From the NCBI GenBank assembly GCA_964016885.1, contig OZ024740.1, forward strand, positions 182,714,001-182,778,000: a DNA stretch of 64,000 nucleotides, read 5' to 3'. The position numbers and the translations under genes were made by a program. The notes beneath the pieces were generated by a model, which was not told the origin of the DNA, did not search any database, and was given only the letters and a program-made list of their open reading frames with translations. The DNA comes from Eledone cirrhosa (taxonomy: Eukaryota). Numbering within the stretch: position 1 is the stretch's first letter; the number at the start of each line of letters is the position of its first letter. Positions 35,332 through 48,594 of the stretch are shown here, in pieces.

Positions 35332-35915
35332 CTATGGTTATATAAAACAAGACCATACATTTTAAAGAGTTCCTATTTAAATGGAAATCTTTCAACATAA
35401 TTTGATATAAGAACCTTTTCTAAAGTTGTGTTACTAACATCATCTTAATAATGAAATAACTAATAATCATGGAAGTTGGTACAAATGCAGCATACACATT
35501 CTTTGGGGTTTTAGAGACACTCCCTTCACCCTCATTAACTCATCACTCAATTCCCAGAACTTCTTCCATGCACACCTCACCTAAGATACAGTTATAGAAT
35601 CTAATTTAATATGTCTTCAAGTTAATTAAACATATCTGATTTAGAATAGGTAGACCATATCTCAGCAATGAATGGTGACAAAATATCATTGTGTCAGGAA
35701 GGGCATCCAGCTATAAAACAATAGCTCAAAAAGAACCCCATGAAGAATAAAATCACATTCCCAAAGTACTATACCCCAAAAAAAGAAACAGTGATCACAT
35801 TTGAAACACCTTTGGGGATAGTTTTGCCTAGTCATAGCTGAAATAGATTAAACAACAGAATCTGCAACAAATTCTGACCTATCTATAACAGGCAGAACTA
35901 TGTATAATTATGATC

Positions 35916-36128
35916 ATTATTTTTCATCATCAGGGTGGTGGGTTGGCATTATCGGTAGAGGGTCGGACGCCATGCTTTCCAGCATAGCTACGTCAAATCT
36001 GAGTTCAAATCCCGCCGAGGTTGACTTTGCCTTTCATCCTTACGGAGTCGATAAAATAAAATACCAGTAATGCACTGGGTAATTGCTGGCCTTGTGCCTA
36101 AAGTAGCAACAATTATTTTTCATCATCA
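35916..36128 (+). mobile_element. Near full-length SINE family A with a 17-bp target-site duplication
   Basis: ATTATTTTTCATCATCA at 35916-35932 and 36112-36128. Confidence 0.88.
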
Positions 36129-37364
36129 TATGATAACAAATTATGGTGAATTTGGCATAACCAGTTTACTGCCACCATCTAAATTTGATTACTCATAAGA
36201 CACATATTATGTTGTAAAAATTTTCAGGGATATAATTTTAAACATGTAGATTAAGATCATTTTGATGAAGTTTAGACTTTTTTTTACTTTAAACTAAAAT
36301 TACATTAAAAATGAAGAAAGGAATATATTGCTTTCATTAGTGTATTATATTGTATTATATAATATTATATTATATATTATATATATATTATATTATATAT
36401 ATATATATATTATATATTATATTATATATTATATTACATCCCTTTGCAGTCTGAGTTCAAATCCCGCTGAGGTTAACTTTGCCTTTCATCCTTACGGGGT
36501 CGATAAAATAAAGTACCCTAATGTACTGGGTAATTGCAGGCCTTGTGCCAAAAGTAGAAACAATTATATTTCTGTTTCTTAATGTTTCCATGTACTGAAT
36601 ACTTTCAATCAGTAGTTGTATTAGGTTAAACATAACTCAACATTTTTTCATCATGCTTTCCAATTTCATGTTGATAAGGAATAATAACAATCAGAATAAT
36701 GTCATATATTTCATACTGGAATATAATATCATTTCTAGAACTACAAATTGTGAAAATGTAAAAAATAATAAAAGTTTCCTTTTTAAAAAACATCTCAAAA
36801 TAATGGTTATCTACACCTTCGAAAATGTATCTCTGTAAAATTTCATTTTAAAAAATATGCATTATTAAGACATTTATGGAGAAACAAAATCAGGGGTGGG
36901 GATACTGAAATGTAGTTATGCCATGGAGTTATTGTACAATTTACAAAGATGAAGAATTATGATATCCAAGAACCTGCTCTTAATACTATCATTAGACATT
37001 ATCTATTGAGAAGGAAAATATTTTTTTTTTTCCTTTTTTTCACAAAGTCAAGATTTTCTTCATAATATCTTTTGTGACAAAAGCCAAATACATATATGTT
37101 ACTACAAAAATTCATGGAAATGTGTCCATGTATTGCAGCTTAGCTATACCAACTTTTCTTATTCATATGCACTTAGAGATATATTTATACGATTTATTTT
37201 TGTAATTCTATAAGTATTATAAAATAGGACAAAACTATGCAAATTGTTGTAATTGCATAACATAATCAAGCTGTGAAAATTGGTATTATAACAGCTACAG
37301 ATTAAAGCCCCCATCCCCTTCAGTGAGTTTGTAACATTCTTAGTATTGCACATGAAATTTTTTA

Positions 37365-37640
37365 AATAATAATAATGAAATTATTGTGTACAGTGCTCAA
37401 GTGCACTACAACTCATCAAAGGTGCACATATAGTACATAGAATAATGTAGAAATGTCAGGAAAATGAACATTACGAGTCGTGAAATACATGTGTGCGTGT
37501 GTATGGAGGGGGGACATCAGGTGTAGTGTTGGCGAATCTCAGGAAGAATGGAGGTTTTAAAGGATGCAGTGTCTCGACAGCTAACAACTGATGCAGGTAG
37601 TTTGTTCCATGCTTCAGCAACTCTGAGTGTGAGCATTTCT
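37365..37640 (-). mobile_element. 3' end of a CR1/L2-group LINE
   Basis: Minus strand encodes TLRVAEAWNKLPASVVSCRDTASFKTSI, then a 3' UTR ending in (ATT)n. Confidence 0.75.
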
Positions 37641-38219
37641 GAATGTGTAGGTAACGATTATCTTGATGACAAAAAAAAATATTCATCTTGCAATTCGTAT
37701 TTATGGAAAGGACATTATGCACCTGTAAAAAATCCTGATTGATATTATTGATTATCTATATAGTGGTAAGAAGTGGTAAGAAACTCTTAGGCAATCTGGA
37801 TAGCAGAAGTCTTCAGAGAAGAAACCTACCTCAAGTAAGTGTTTCAGCCCTTAACTACTACATAAAATTAGAAGTCATGATGACGAAATATCATAGTTTA
37901 CATTTAGCCTAGCACAAATGCAGATAGAAAGTAATGTAAACATTAATGAATTGAAATGTAACTCAATAATGAAAGTATGATGTACCTTTCTTCATTTCTG
38001 TAACTGTACTAAACTACAACCTAACACATAACATAATGATTTTAATTCTATCAACATAATTGTAAACTACACATTAAAAAAACATCTTATTTCTGCAAAG
38101 TTTCATTTAAAAAAATATCAAGATATATGATAGTTATGTCCAGGTTTTGAAGGTGGAGATTATGATTATGTTGGTGAAATGAAGGTGGGAGCCTAATATT
38201 TTCAATAGTCAATACATTG

Positions 38220-38345
38220 ACTTTATACAAAAATGAATATGGGTAGATTAGCATAACTAGTACTTTATACAAAAATGAATATGGGTAAATTAGCATAACT
38301 AATACTTTATACAAAAATGAATATGGGTAGATTAGCATAACTAAT
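38220..38345. repeat. Minisatellite, 3 x 42 bp
   Basis: ACTTTATACAAAAATGAATATGGGTAGATTAGCATAACTAGT repeated three times. Confidence 0.92.
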
Positions 38346-39814
38346 AGAAAGACAGACACAATGGCAGCTGTGGATTTTCAGAATTCATTGGTTGACAGAC
38401 AAAATCCCTTGTATGATGTACATGAGCAACTCACATTCCTTGAAATGTCTTGTCATGACCATTGTTTGAAATAATCCCTAAATAAATGTTCTGCTGCTTT
38501 ATGATTAGACCAGTCATGGGGTCTGCAAGGCTAATATTTGCCTTAACAGGAAAAATTACCTGAAAACTTGCTGCTGCTGCTTCTGATAGTTATTATTGTT
38601 TAACCTCAGATCATCATGTTTTCTTTTTCTATGACAAGATTACCTAATGTGTTCTTCCTTATTTAAGACAGCAGTTTATGTCATTTGAGAGAAATTTGGC
38701 TACTATTTTTAGCAGGCCGGCTGACAATGTAACAGCTTTGTCATTGTCTGGTTTCCATGCATGCAGAAAAGCTTAGAATTTGCTTAAGATCATATGTTGT
38801 GTGTTGCAGATGATACTTTTTAAACATTTCTGTATTCCCTCATCCTTCTAAATCTTGTAGTTGAACCCTGATCTATTCATAAGTATCCAATCATTTATTT
38901 GGGACTCTATTATTTGAGATCTCTTTCCATTTTGTAAAAAGATAAAAAGCAATTCGCAGGGGATTTAGCTGTTATTTCTAGCAAGTTGAGCAATCATGAC
39001 GAAAACCCCTTTTTAATTCATCATCAAGGTACAATTCAGAGATAAAAAGAAATAAAGATGGGTAGAAACATCAACACAAGTATTGGCCCAGTATTTCATT
39101 TATCAACCTCAATGAGATGAAAAGCACAATCGACTTATATGATAACAAAAACATCTAAAACATATGTAAATCTTTACTTACTAAGATTGCCATTAAACAA
39201 ATATTATAAAAAACAGTTAAATCAATTTACAAGCAAGCTTACCAAACAAATGGCCTTGAGGAGCCCCCTATCATGTCAAGGACATGACAGCCTTCCTAGT
39301 GTTGGTGACATACATGATAAACATATCCAATAAAGTGGTTGGTGATAGGGGGAGCATCTAGCTATAGAAAGCTTGCCAAACAAAGAATTCTGAGGACTTT
39401 CAGTTGTGTCTAATACATGATAACATCTCTACATTTGGTAGAATATGAAACTGTATGTAAATGAAATGCAGATACCACTGCCTATCTGTAAAGGCTTCAC
39501 TAATGACTTGGTCTATGTAGACACGTCTAAGCCTTGCTACCAGGGAAAGTGGATGTTAAAACGATGATGATGATGATATAACATATTAGACCAGTTCACA
39601 TGTGCTAATCAAGTGTCCATTTTTTGTGGTGACTCAGTTTACTAGAAATAACAGCCAAATCTCATTCAAATCACAATCCAGTATGTTTAAAGTGGACAAG
39701 GTCCAGTAGATAATAAAAAAAACAATGAGGTATTTGTTTAGCTTAAAAAATGATCAGGCCAGAGAATATTTCAGATTTATGTAGAATTAAGTGATGGTGA
39801 GTACAAGTCTACTG

Positions 39815-40115
39815 AAGGCGCATGGCTTAGTTTGATTCTCAACCTGAGCTTTGCATTGTGCTTTTGAGCAAAACACTTTATTTCACGTTGCTCCAGTTCA
39901 CTCAGGTCTAGAAATGAGTTGAGACGTCACTGGTGCCCAGCTGTATCAGCCTTTGCCTTTCCCTTGGACGACATCGGTGGCATGCAGAGGGGAGACTGGT
40001 ATGCATGCTTGACTGCTGGTCTTCCACAAACAACCTTGCCTGGACTTGTGACTCGAGGGTAACTTTCAAGGTGCAAATCTCATGGTCATTCATGATCAAA
40101 AGGGGTCTTTACTTT
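39815..40115 (+). mobile_element. CORE-like tRNA SINE with a different 3' part
   Basis: GGCGCATGGCTTAGT head and TTGAGCAAAACACTTTATTTCACGTTGCTCCAG core. Its 3' end resembles the reverse complement of 16525-16573. Confidence 0.75.
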
Positions 40116-43100
40116 ATGAGTACAAGTCTCCTCGCCAGCGAGCAGACTATACTGAAGTGACTTGTAATCAAGTGACTTACTCAAAAACACAATCCACCAA
40201 CTAGTCAAGGAATCAAAACCATAACCTAACAGATCTGAGTTCAAAATACTAGCCAGTAAACTACTCAGCTTCACATTAGATAATGTACTTTTAAATAGAC
40301 TTCTTGTTTGGTTATACAGATGACTTTAGGCTATTACAACAATAACCACATCAGCTTAGTTTGAAATATAGTAGCATACATTGGATAAGATTGTCCAAGA
40401 GTCTTTGAAAAAGTAAAAGACATTTCACAAGCTGGAACACCTTTGATAATAAATCTGCTCAATCAAAACTGATCAGAGCTTAAATAACAACAGCAATAGT
40501 TCATATGTTCTTTTAGATATCAGTCCAATTTTCTGTTGAAAATATTCAATATGAAACTACAAATGATAATGCTGAGGATCAATCAGAAATATTGATCTAA
40601 CTGTTTTGTTATCATATTTCTAATGCCTATGTGTTTCAAATATGTTTAAGACTTATCAAGAATTTAAAATGATTTAATAATTTTTGTTATTTGGTTTGGG
40701 AGCATAACTTGACAAAGGTTCTTACATAAAGTTATAATGGAAGACTTTGAGATAAATAAAAACACTTAAACACAAATATTTTTATTGTAGAACCAGGAAC
40801 AGCTGCAAGAGTTTTGCATAAAAGTGTAATGATTTCAGTGCATTTGTAATAATTACTTTTAAAAATTTCTTGGAAAGTAATTCTTAATATCAGTTATAGA
40901 ATACCTGTGTTCAGTGCACTATTTTTGGACTTTTGAAGCATGATTATAACCTCAGGTCTACTTATTTGCATGTATAAAGATAAGTCTTCAATCAAATTTC
41001 AGCTTTTTATTAGTCTCAATGTTTTCTTTTTCCTGTTTACTGTTAAGACTTTTTTTTTCTTGAAAATTTGGATTTCTGAGAACTTCTTGAGAAAATTCAA
41101 TTTAGTTATTTCTTATCATTTTCAAAATGGTAAAATAAATATTTAAAGCATAGAATTCTACCAAATATCTTTTACACACAATAATTTTATGTCTGATGTG
41201 ATGTGTTCAACACATGAAACTTTTCATACTAACCTGTCCAAAGCTACCTCTGATTCTGTGACAAAAAATCTCGGTTTGATAAACAGAAGAAGAAAATATT
41301 GATAAAAAGAATATATAGATAAAAATAGTAAATTGAATATAATAAAAAAATAGAATCAGACCATGTGTGCATGCATGTGCATGTGTTTTGATAGATCAGT
41401 GTAAGATACAAACAGTTGTTGAGTGCATGTACACACTTGCACACATACACAGATACATGCACATCTATATATACACACACATACTGTCAATTTAATTAAA
41501 GAGCCTATGTATTTGACTTTGTTTGTTCTGCTGTTTGGTTCCAGGATGGTACAGTGGTATACTGTAATGTTTTGCATTCCCATTAGTTAAAGTGAATGGA
41601 TACATATACGTCTGAATGTATGTATGTATGTATGTATGTGTGTGTGATTGTGTGTGTCTGTGTTGTTGAAGGTGCATTCGCCAAATATTTTCACAGAAGC
41701 ATTACTGCTATTATTTAACAGTACATATTTCTTGGGTGAAAACACCATGAGTTTCATTGATGATTCACATGACTAATATGTTTTAAGCCAATGAGACAAT
41801 TCTATAGATTGATCCCATATGTATATGCATGCATGCAGTCAATAATTTGCTTCTTCAGTGCAATTGGCAGCTTGCTCTTATAAAGGAACATCTTGCTACT
41901 TCATTCAGAATGATTTAGCAGAGTGGAGTTGTCATCATAGAGTGCTGTAAAGTGTATATATTTGCTTTAACTATAGCAAATATTTCATTAAAGGATTTGA
42001 CAGATACAAGAAAGAAAATATATTTAGGGATTACATTCCAATATTCTGAAAAATATTCTTTGTAAAAGTTGCCACATAGTTTTCTGATCTGCTGGAAGAG
42101 GAAAGGAAACTTATTTATATTTGATGTCCATATTGAATTAAGTGTAAGGCTGTATAAAGAAAATTTTTATTAAATATATGGAAGAATGTAATTACATTTA
42201 TTGTGAATATGTAATTATATATTTAAAGTAAAGAATAGGAATGTAACCATATTCTGTGACAATATAAGAAAAATAACAATCTTTTATGCAAAATCCAAAC
42301 TTCATTTAGAAGGCCACTAATAAGGGTCTCAAAAACCTTAGGATTCCTATCATTCTTTATCTCATACATGTGAAAGAATATGTTTGTGTGGTTAAGTGTT
42401 TGATTCAAAATCAGGCAGTTTCAAATTTGCAAACACTGTGGGTAAATGTCCTTTATCATAGCCTCAGGGTGATTAATTCCATGTGTGTAAAATTTAGTAA
42501 ACAACAACTGAGTAAGAACCTGTCATATATATTCATTTCACTAGTTTGTGTCATTAGAATGCAGCCATTCTGGGACTCTATTCTGCCTCATATATATGAT
42601 TTGCTACTATGCAAAATTGCTCTTTGTACACAAACATCGCACCATTTACTTCTGAATAAAAGAGAGAAACCCTTTGTTGCCAGCAAAGGTTATAGCTCTT
42701 TTTTCTTCTTATTTTTACTCAGGCTTTTATACTTTCAGACCAACCATCTACACAATTGGAAAGGGAATTGACAAGATCCGAACAAGGAAACAATGTTTCC
42801 ATTGCTCTTTCAATTGCTAATACTATCTACCAGTTGCAACTCCTGGCAAAAAGAGGGTCATGAAATAAAGTGAGCAACTCAAGAACATAATGTATCACTC
42901 AGCCAGAGAATTGAACTCACAATCTAGCGATTGTGAACCCAACTCTTCAAACACTAACCCATGTTTAGTGGTTTACCATTAATTATGTTCAAAGCAACTG
43001 AATTAATTTTATAGTTGTTCTTACTGCTAGTGAATGGGCATGGCTCAAGGGTAATAGTCTTGGGCACTTGATTGTAATGTCTTGAGTTTGAATTCCGGCC

Positions 43101-43491
43101 TAGGTCATGCATTTTGTTCTTGAGCAAGGTACTTTATTTATTGTTGTTTCAGTCACCTCAGCTGGGAAAAAAGAGTTGTAGCTGAAAATCACACACAGTA
43201 TCTTGTTGAATGCCCCTGAGAACTACATAAAAGGAGCACATGTCTGTGGAATGCAACAGAATACTCGTTGTTGGAAACATTAGAAACCCAGCACACATAA
43301 CTACACTTATGTCTCTGCCACATAAGAAGTCTTATTTTGCACTCAGTTTGCCTGCGAACCTCATCCCTTCTTCTGTCATAGTTTACACAGAGTATAGTAT
43401 AGGGAATTTCTACTTAGTGCTTTTTTTTTTTGCATATTAAGAATACCCATTTCCCAAATGGCAATAAAATATGTGTATGTATGTGTGCATG

Positions 43492-45065
43492 TATCATCAT
43501 CATCATCATCATCATCATCGTTTAACGTCCACGTTCCACGCTTGCATGGGTTTGGACGGGAGTTTTCCCACTTGAGGCAAGAGTGGTTGTCTTGCTCGCA
43601 TAGAACTGTCTGGCGGGTTTTCTACAGCTGGATGCCCTTCCTAACACCAACCACATTTACAGTGTGGGACTGGGAGGTTTTTACCGTGTTGCCTACACGG
43701 CCACATTACAGTGTGGACTGTGTGTTTTTTTGTCGTGACACCTACACGATCTCATTTGTTTCAGCCTGGATGTTGTGGCACCAACATAACTTTACATTGA
43801 AAGGGGCGGTGTGGATGGGGTGGGGGTGCTGGGACAGGGGTGTATTTTGTTAGAGATGCCTACTGACTGTAGTAGGTTTTACTTTGTATTTAGGTAAGGC
43901 GGGTCTTCTCTATTACTGAGTGCCGCCAAAGATCTCGGTCCAGTGACATTGTCTTGGAGAGGTGTAAGTGTGTGAGGTCGGAATTTATCAGGTCGTCCCA
44001 GGTTTTTCTGGGTCTGCCTACTCCGTGGCTACCGTCTATTTTTATTGCCCTGCACTTTTTTATACAGCTGTCGTCTTTCATGCGCATCACGTGACCATAC
44101 CAACGTAGCCTTCTCTCGAGTAAACAACATCTGATCCCTCTTATTTCTAATTTTTCCCTTCGTTCGTTTATGCTTTGCCGTTCGCGTATATTACTATTAC
44201 ACATCCAGCGGAGCATGCAAGCTTCGTTCCTCTCTAGTCTGCGTATATCCTCTGCACACAATGCCCAGGTCTCACTGCCATGCAACATTGCTGTTCGTAT
44301 GCAGGCATCATACAGCCTGCCTTTCATTTTTAGGGAGAACCCTTTAGCGGCTAATAGTGGTATAAGCTCTCTGAACTTTTTCCATCCAGTTCTGACTCTA
44401 GCTACTGTACTTTCAGAGCACCCTCCCCCACTGCTGATTTTGTCACCCAGGTAACGGAAGCTGTCCACTATTTCTATAGAACCCTCTGCGCAATTGAAAG
44501 AGCTAGTATTTTGTGGGCACTTGCTGCTACTTATTGCACCAGAGCACCGGCCACATGTAAAATCTATGTTCTTAGCTTACCTGTGATCCCACTACATCTT
44601 TTATGCACCCATACTTTGCATTTGGGACATAAAATGGAGTTTCTACCTACGCCTTTCCTACACACTGAGCATGGCCATTTCCCTTTTGATTCTAGGCCGT
44701 GCTTCCATGTTTGGAATTTCTTCTCTAGCTCGGCCATTGATTCAACTATGAGCGTTAGATCATCTGCGTATAGGAGTTCCCATGGGCAGCCGGTCTTGAA
44801 CTCCACTGTTATAGCCTGAAGGGCAATAATAAATAGTAGGGGGCTAAGATCAGAGCCCTGATGAACACCAGCTTTTACGCTAAACTCTTCACTATATTCG
44901 TTGTTAATTCTAACCTTGCTGAGTGTTTCTTTATACATGGCTTGTATAGCTCTCACAAGCCATTCATCAACACCTAGTTTTCTAAGAGCCCACCAGATAA
45001 TGGAATGGGGGACTCTGTCGAAGGCTTTCTCCAAGTCGACGAAAGCTAAGTATAGGGGTTTACTA
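43492..45065 (-). mobile_element. RTE LINE, 5'-truncated and relatively young
   Basis: MEKAFDRVP, GVHQGSDLSPLLF, LLYADD, PHD-type finger, intact 192-aa C-terminal ORF, in-frame internal deletion (ESKG|KWPC) and (CAT)n tail on the + strand. Confidence 0.95.
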
Positions 45066-45074
45066 TATATATAT

Positions 45075-46008
45075 AGTAAAGTGAGAGTAGGAATGGAGTT
45101 TAGTGAGGAATTGCAGATACAAGTAGGAGTACATCAGGGTTTGGTCCTCAGCCCATTCTTAATAATTATAGTTCTCCAAGTCATAACAGAGGAGTTTAAC
45201 ACTGGCTGCCCATGGGAACTTCTCTATGCTGACAATCTGGTACTTATAGCAGAATCAGTAGAGGACTGAGAGTGAACCTAGCTAAAGTATGGATAAGTAG
45301 GAAAGAGGACAAGACTGTGATCCCATCAGGGAAATGGCCATGTTGGATATGTAGAAACGGAGTTGGCATTAACTCTATAGAATGTACACAATGCAGATAT
45401 TGGGTAGACAAGAGATGCAGTGGGATAGCAGGCAAACTAACAGGAAGGAAAAACTTCATATGTAGATGTTTAGGGAAAATTAATAGAAGTGTCAGTGATA
45501 GGAACATTTATCAAAGGAGATTACAGATATATGATGCCTATGTGAGATGCGGGATGCTGCATGATAGTGAGACATGGGAAGCAACTGCAGAAGATATGCA
45601 ATGGCAGGAGAGAAATGAAGCAAGCATGCTCCGTTGGATGTGCAATGTCAATGTGGAAGGACCAAGCATAGACGAGTTGAGAAAGAAACTGGGTATAAGA
45701 GGGATAACTTGTGGTGTGCAGGACAGAAGGCTGACATGGTATGGACATGTGCTATGCATAGAGGATGACCACTGGATAAAGAAGTGCCAAGAAATCCCAG
45801 TAGAAGGAAGTCGTAGTAGAGGTACCACATGAAAAACATGGGCGGATGTGGTGAGAGCAGACCTCAAATCGCTGAAACTCACCGAGGAGATGACGAAGGA
45901 CCGTGACAAGTGGAGAGATGTTGTGCTGAATAGGACCTATCCAACCCTTGCAAGCAGGGAAAAGCTGACGTACAATGGAAGATAGTCATTAAATGATGAT
46001 GATGATGA
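45075..46008 (+). mobile_element. RTE LINE of a second subfamily, truncated and internally deleted
   Basis: SKVRVG..GVHQGLVLSP..LLYADN, WPCWIC and a (GAT)n tail. Close paralog at 49684-50125. Confidence 0.92.
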
Positions 46009-46040
46009 TATATATATATATTTAAGTTTATATGTGTGTG

Positions 46041-46091
<51 letters not shown>

Positions 46092-46194
46092 GCATATGTA
46101 TATGTATATACATATATGTATATATATATATGTACATATACAATTGTATATTTATATGTATATATTTACATGTATATATATATATATACATATA

Positions 46195-46250
<56 letters not shown>

Positions 46251-46336
46251 AGTATATATATATACATATATGTATATATGAATATATATGTATATATACA
46301 TATGCATATATATACATATGCATATATATATACATA

Positions 46337-46383
<47 letters not shown>

Positions 46384-46435
46384 TCATATATACATATATA
46401 TATATATATATGTATATATGTATATATGCATATAT
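46009..46435. repeat. (TA)n/(TACA)n microsatellite
   Basis: Long interrupted TA tract. Confidence 0.97.
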
Positions 46436-46439
46436 CCAT

Positions 46440-46705
46440 ATCATCATCATTTCATTTTACGTCCACTTTTTCCTGCTTGCAAGGGTGGGACGGGAACTAA
46501 TTCTGGCTTGATTTCTACAGCTGGATGCCCTTCCTAACACCAACCTCATTTACAGTGAGTGCTGGGTGCTTTTCTGGCGTGGCACCTCCACGACCACTTT
46601 GCAGTAGAATGATAGGGGCTCCAGTCCCTATCATCTCATTTCTACAGCTGAGTAAACTGGAGCAATGTGAAATAAAGTGCCTTGCTTGCTCAAGGAAACA
46701 ACACA
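46440..46705 (-). mobile_element. SINE family B, head truncated
   Basis: Matches 14950-15328 in reverse with one internal repeat unit missing. Confidence 0.85.
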
Positions 46706-46868
46706 TCATATATATATACATGTTGCACATATATATTGACTTTGCCTTTCATCCTTACGGGGTCGATAAAATAAAGTACCAGTAATGCACTGGGTAATTG
46801 CTGGCCTTGTGCCTAAAATAGAAACAATTATATATATATATATGTATATATGCATATATATACATATG

Positions 46869-46941
<73 letters not shown>

Positions 46942-46951
46942 GCATATATAT

Positions 46952-47415
46952 ATGAATAAAGTTAGTCCTTCATCAGTGATCTTCCAACCTTCATTGGTAT
47001 TTCATCGCTTTAAAGACCATATACCTCTGGTTGGTGCGAGCAACGGCTAAAGAAAGTCGTTGGGACACGTAAATAAGGGGAACGAGCGAGACTGTAAACA
47101 ATCAAAGATGGTAATGCAATGAAAAGTGAGGAAGAAGGAGTCAAGTACCAGAAGTCGATGAATATAAGTTCTGTGAAATCGTGGACGAGAGAGAATAAAG
47201 ACCATCAAACCTAGTCGAAATGTGAGCAAGGAAAGAATTTCACACAGGTCAAACGGGAGGAAGAAGGAGTCTAGTCCCTGAATTCGGTGAACATAAGTTC
47301 TGTGAAATCGTAGACAAGAGAGAGAAAAAAGGAACAACCAACCTGGTTAAAGTGTGTGTGAGGAAAGAATTTTGCACAGGTCAAACAGGAGGAAGTGGGA
47401 GAGGGAGTAGCAGAT
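46952..47415. repeat. Third copy of the 387/1018 repeat family
   Basis: Starts with the same ATGAATAAAGTTAG right after (TA)n and is followed by (TA)n. Confidence 0.88.
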
Positions 47416-47420
47416 GTATA

Positions 47421-47577
<157 letters not shown>

Positions 47578-48594
47578 CTTTTGTAATGTCATCATTGATC
47601 TAACATTTAGATATACAGAATATTATCTAATTTGCAGATAGATCTCTACAGACATATAACAGTGAAGTTCATTGAATTAAAAATAAATGCTATTATTTTT
47701 ATTTTTATTTATATATTATATATGTTGAGTTCTTATTATTTCGTAGTTTTTTGTTGTTGTGTTTTTGTCCATACATAAATCTTCAATTAATAAATATATG
47801 AGGCTATTATATAGACATTTAAAACTAGCATAGTATGATTACGTGAACTGGTAGCATTTATATAATGTGTACCAAGAAATGCTAGTTGCCAATCTACTCA
47901 GTGTTGTTGGCTCCAACATAAAGATAAACTATAATAAAATGTCTGGAGAATGTTGTGATAATTATTATTATTATTATTATTATTATTATTTGAATTCCTA
48001 CAATAACATTAAGGAATATTTTATTCTTTTGTCTGTCTGTTTTCTTTTTGGAGTTATATAATAAATAGCAATAGAATTTGTTTATTTGCTAGATTTATAA
48101 TATTTTACATTGAAAATATGTAGGAAGCATAAGCCCATAGTCATTTAGTTTCATGTATTAACAAGATTAAGTAAGATTATATCCCAAGATAGCTGCCATG
48201 TTAGATGGTAAAATAAATGATGTATGAGAGAGTATAAAAGAATACTTTTTATCTTCTTTCAACACATCGATATCAGGCTAAGTCAAATTTGGTATTTAGA
48301 CCTATACAATGTAACATATGTGTCTCTGTGTGAGAATGACTGTGTGTGCATACACACACACACACCTATGAATACATATGGTTTACTTACTGTATATACT
48401 CATATGACAAAAGAAGAAGAGAACTAAATACATGGTATTGCATGTTCACTAGAGCCCAATGATTTGACTGTCAGATTCATCTTTTGGTTCTTCAAGCTAT
48501 TATATTGCATGAGAACTTTTGAATACATATGTATACATGCACACACATTACACACATGCGTGTAATGTTTGTGTGTGTATATATATATATGCGA

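Noticed and set aside
41234-41620. Further minus-strand exon candidates near 41234-41255 and 41485-41610
   Set aside because: Good donor sites, but one is very short and the other contains a stop, so support is too weak to list.
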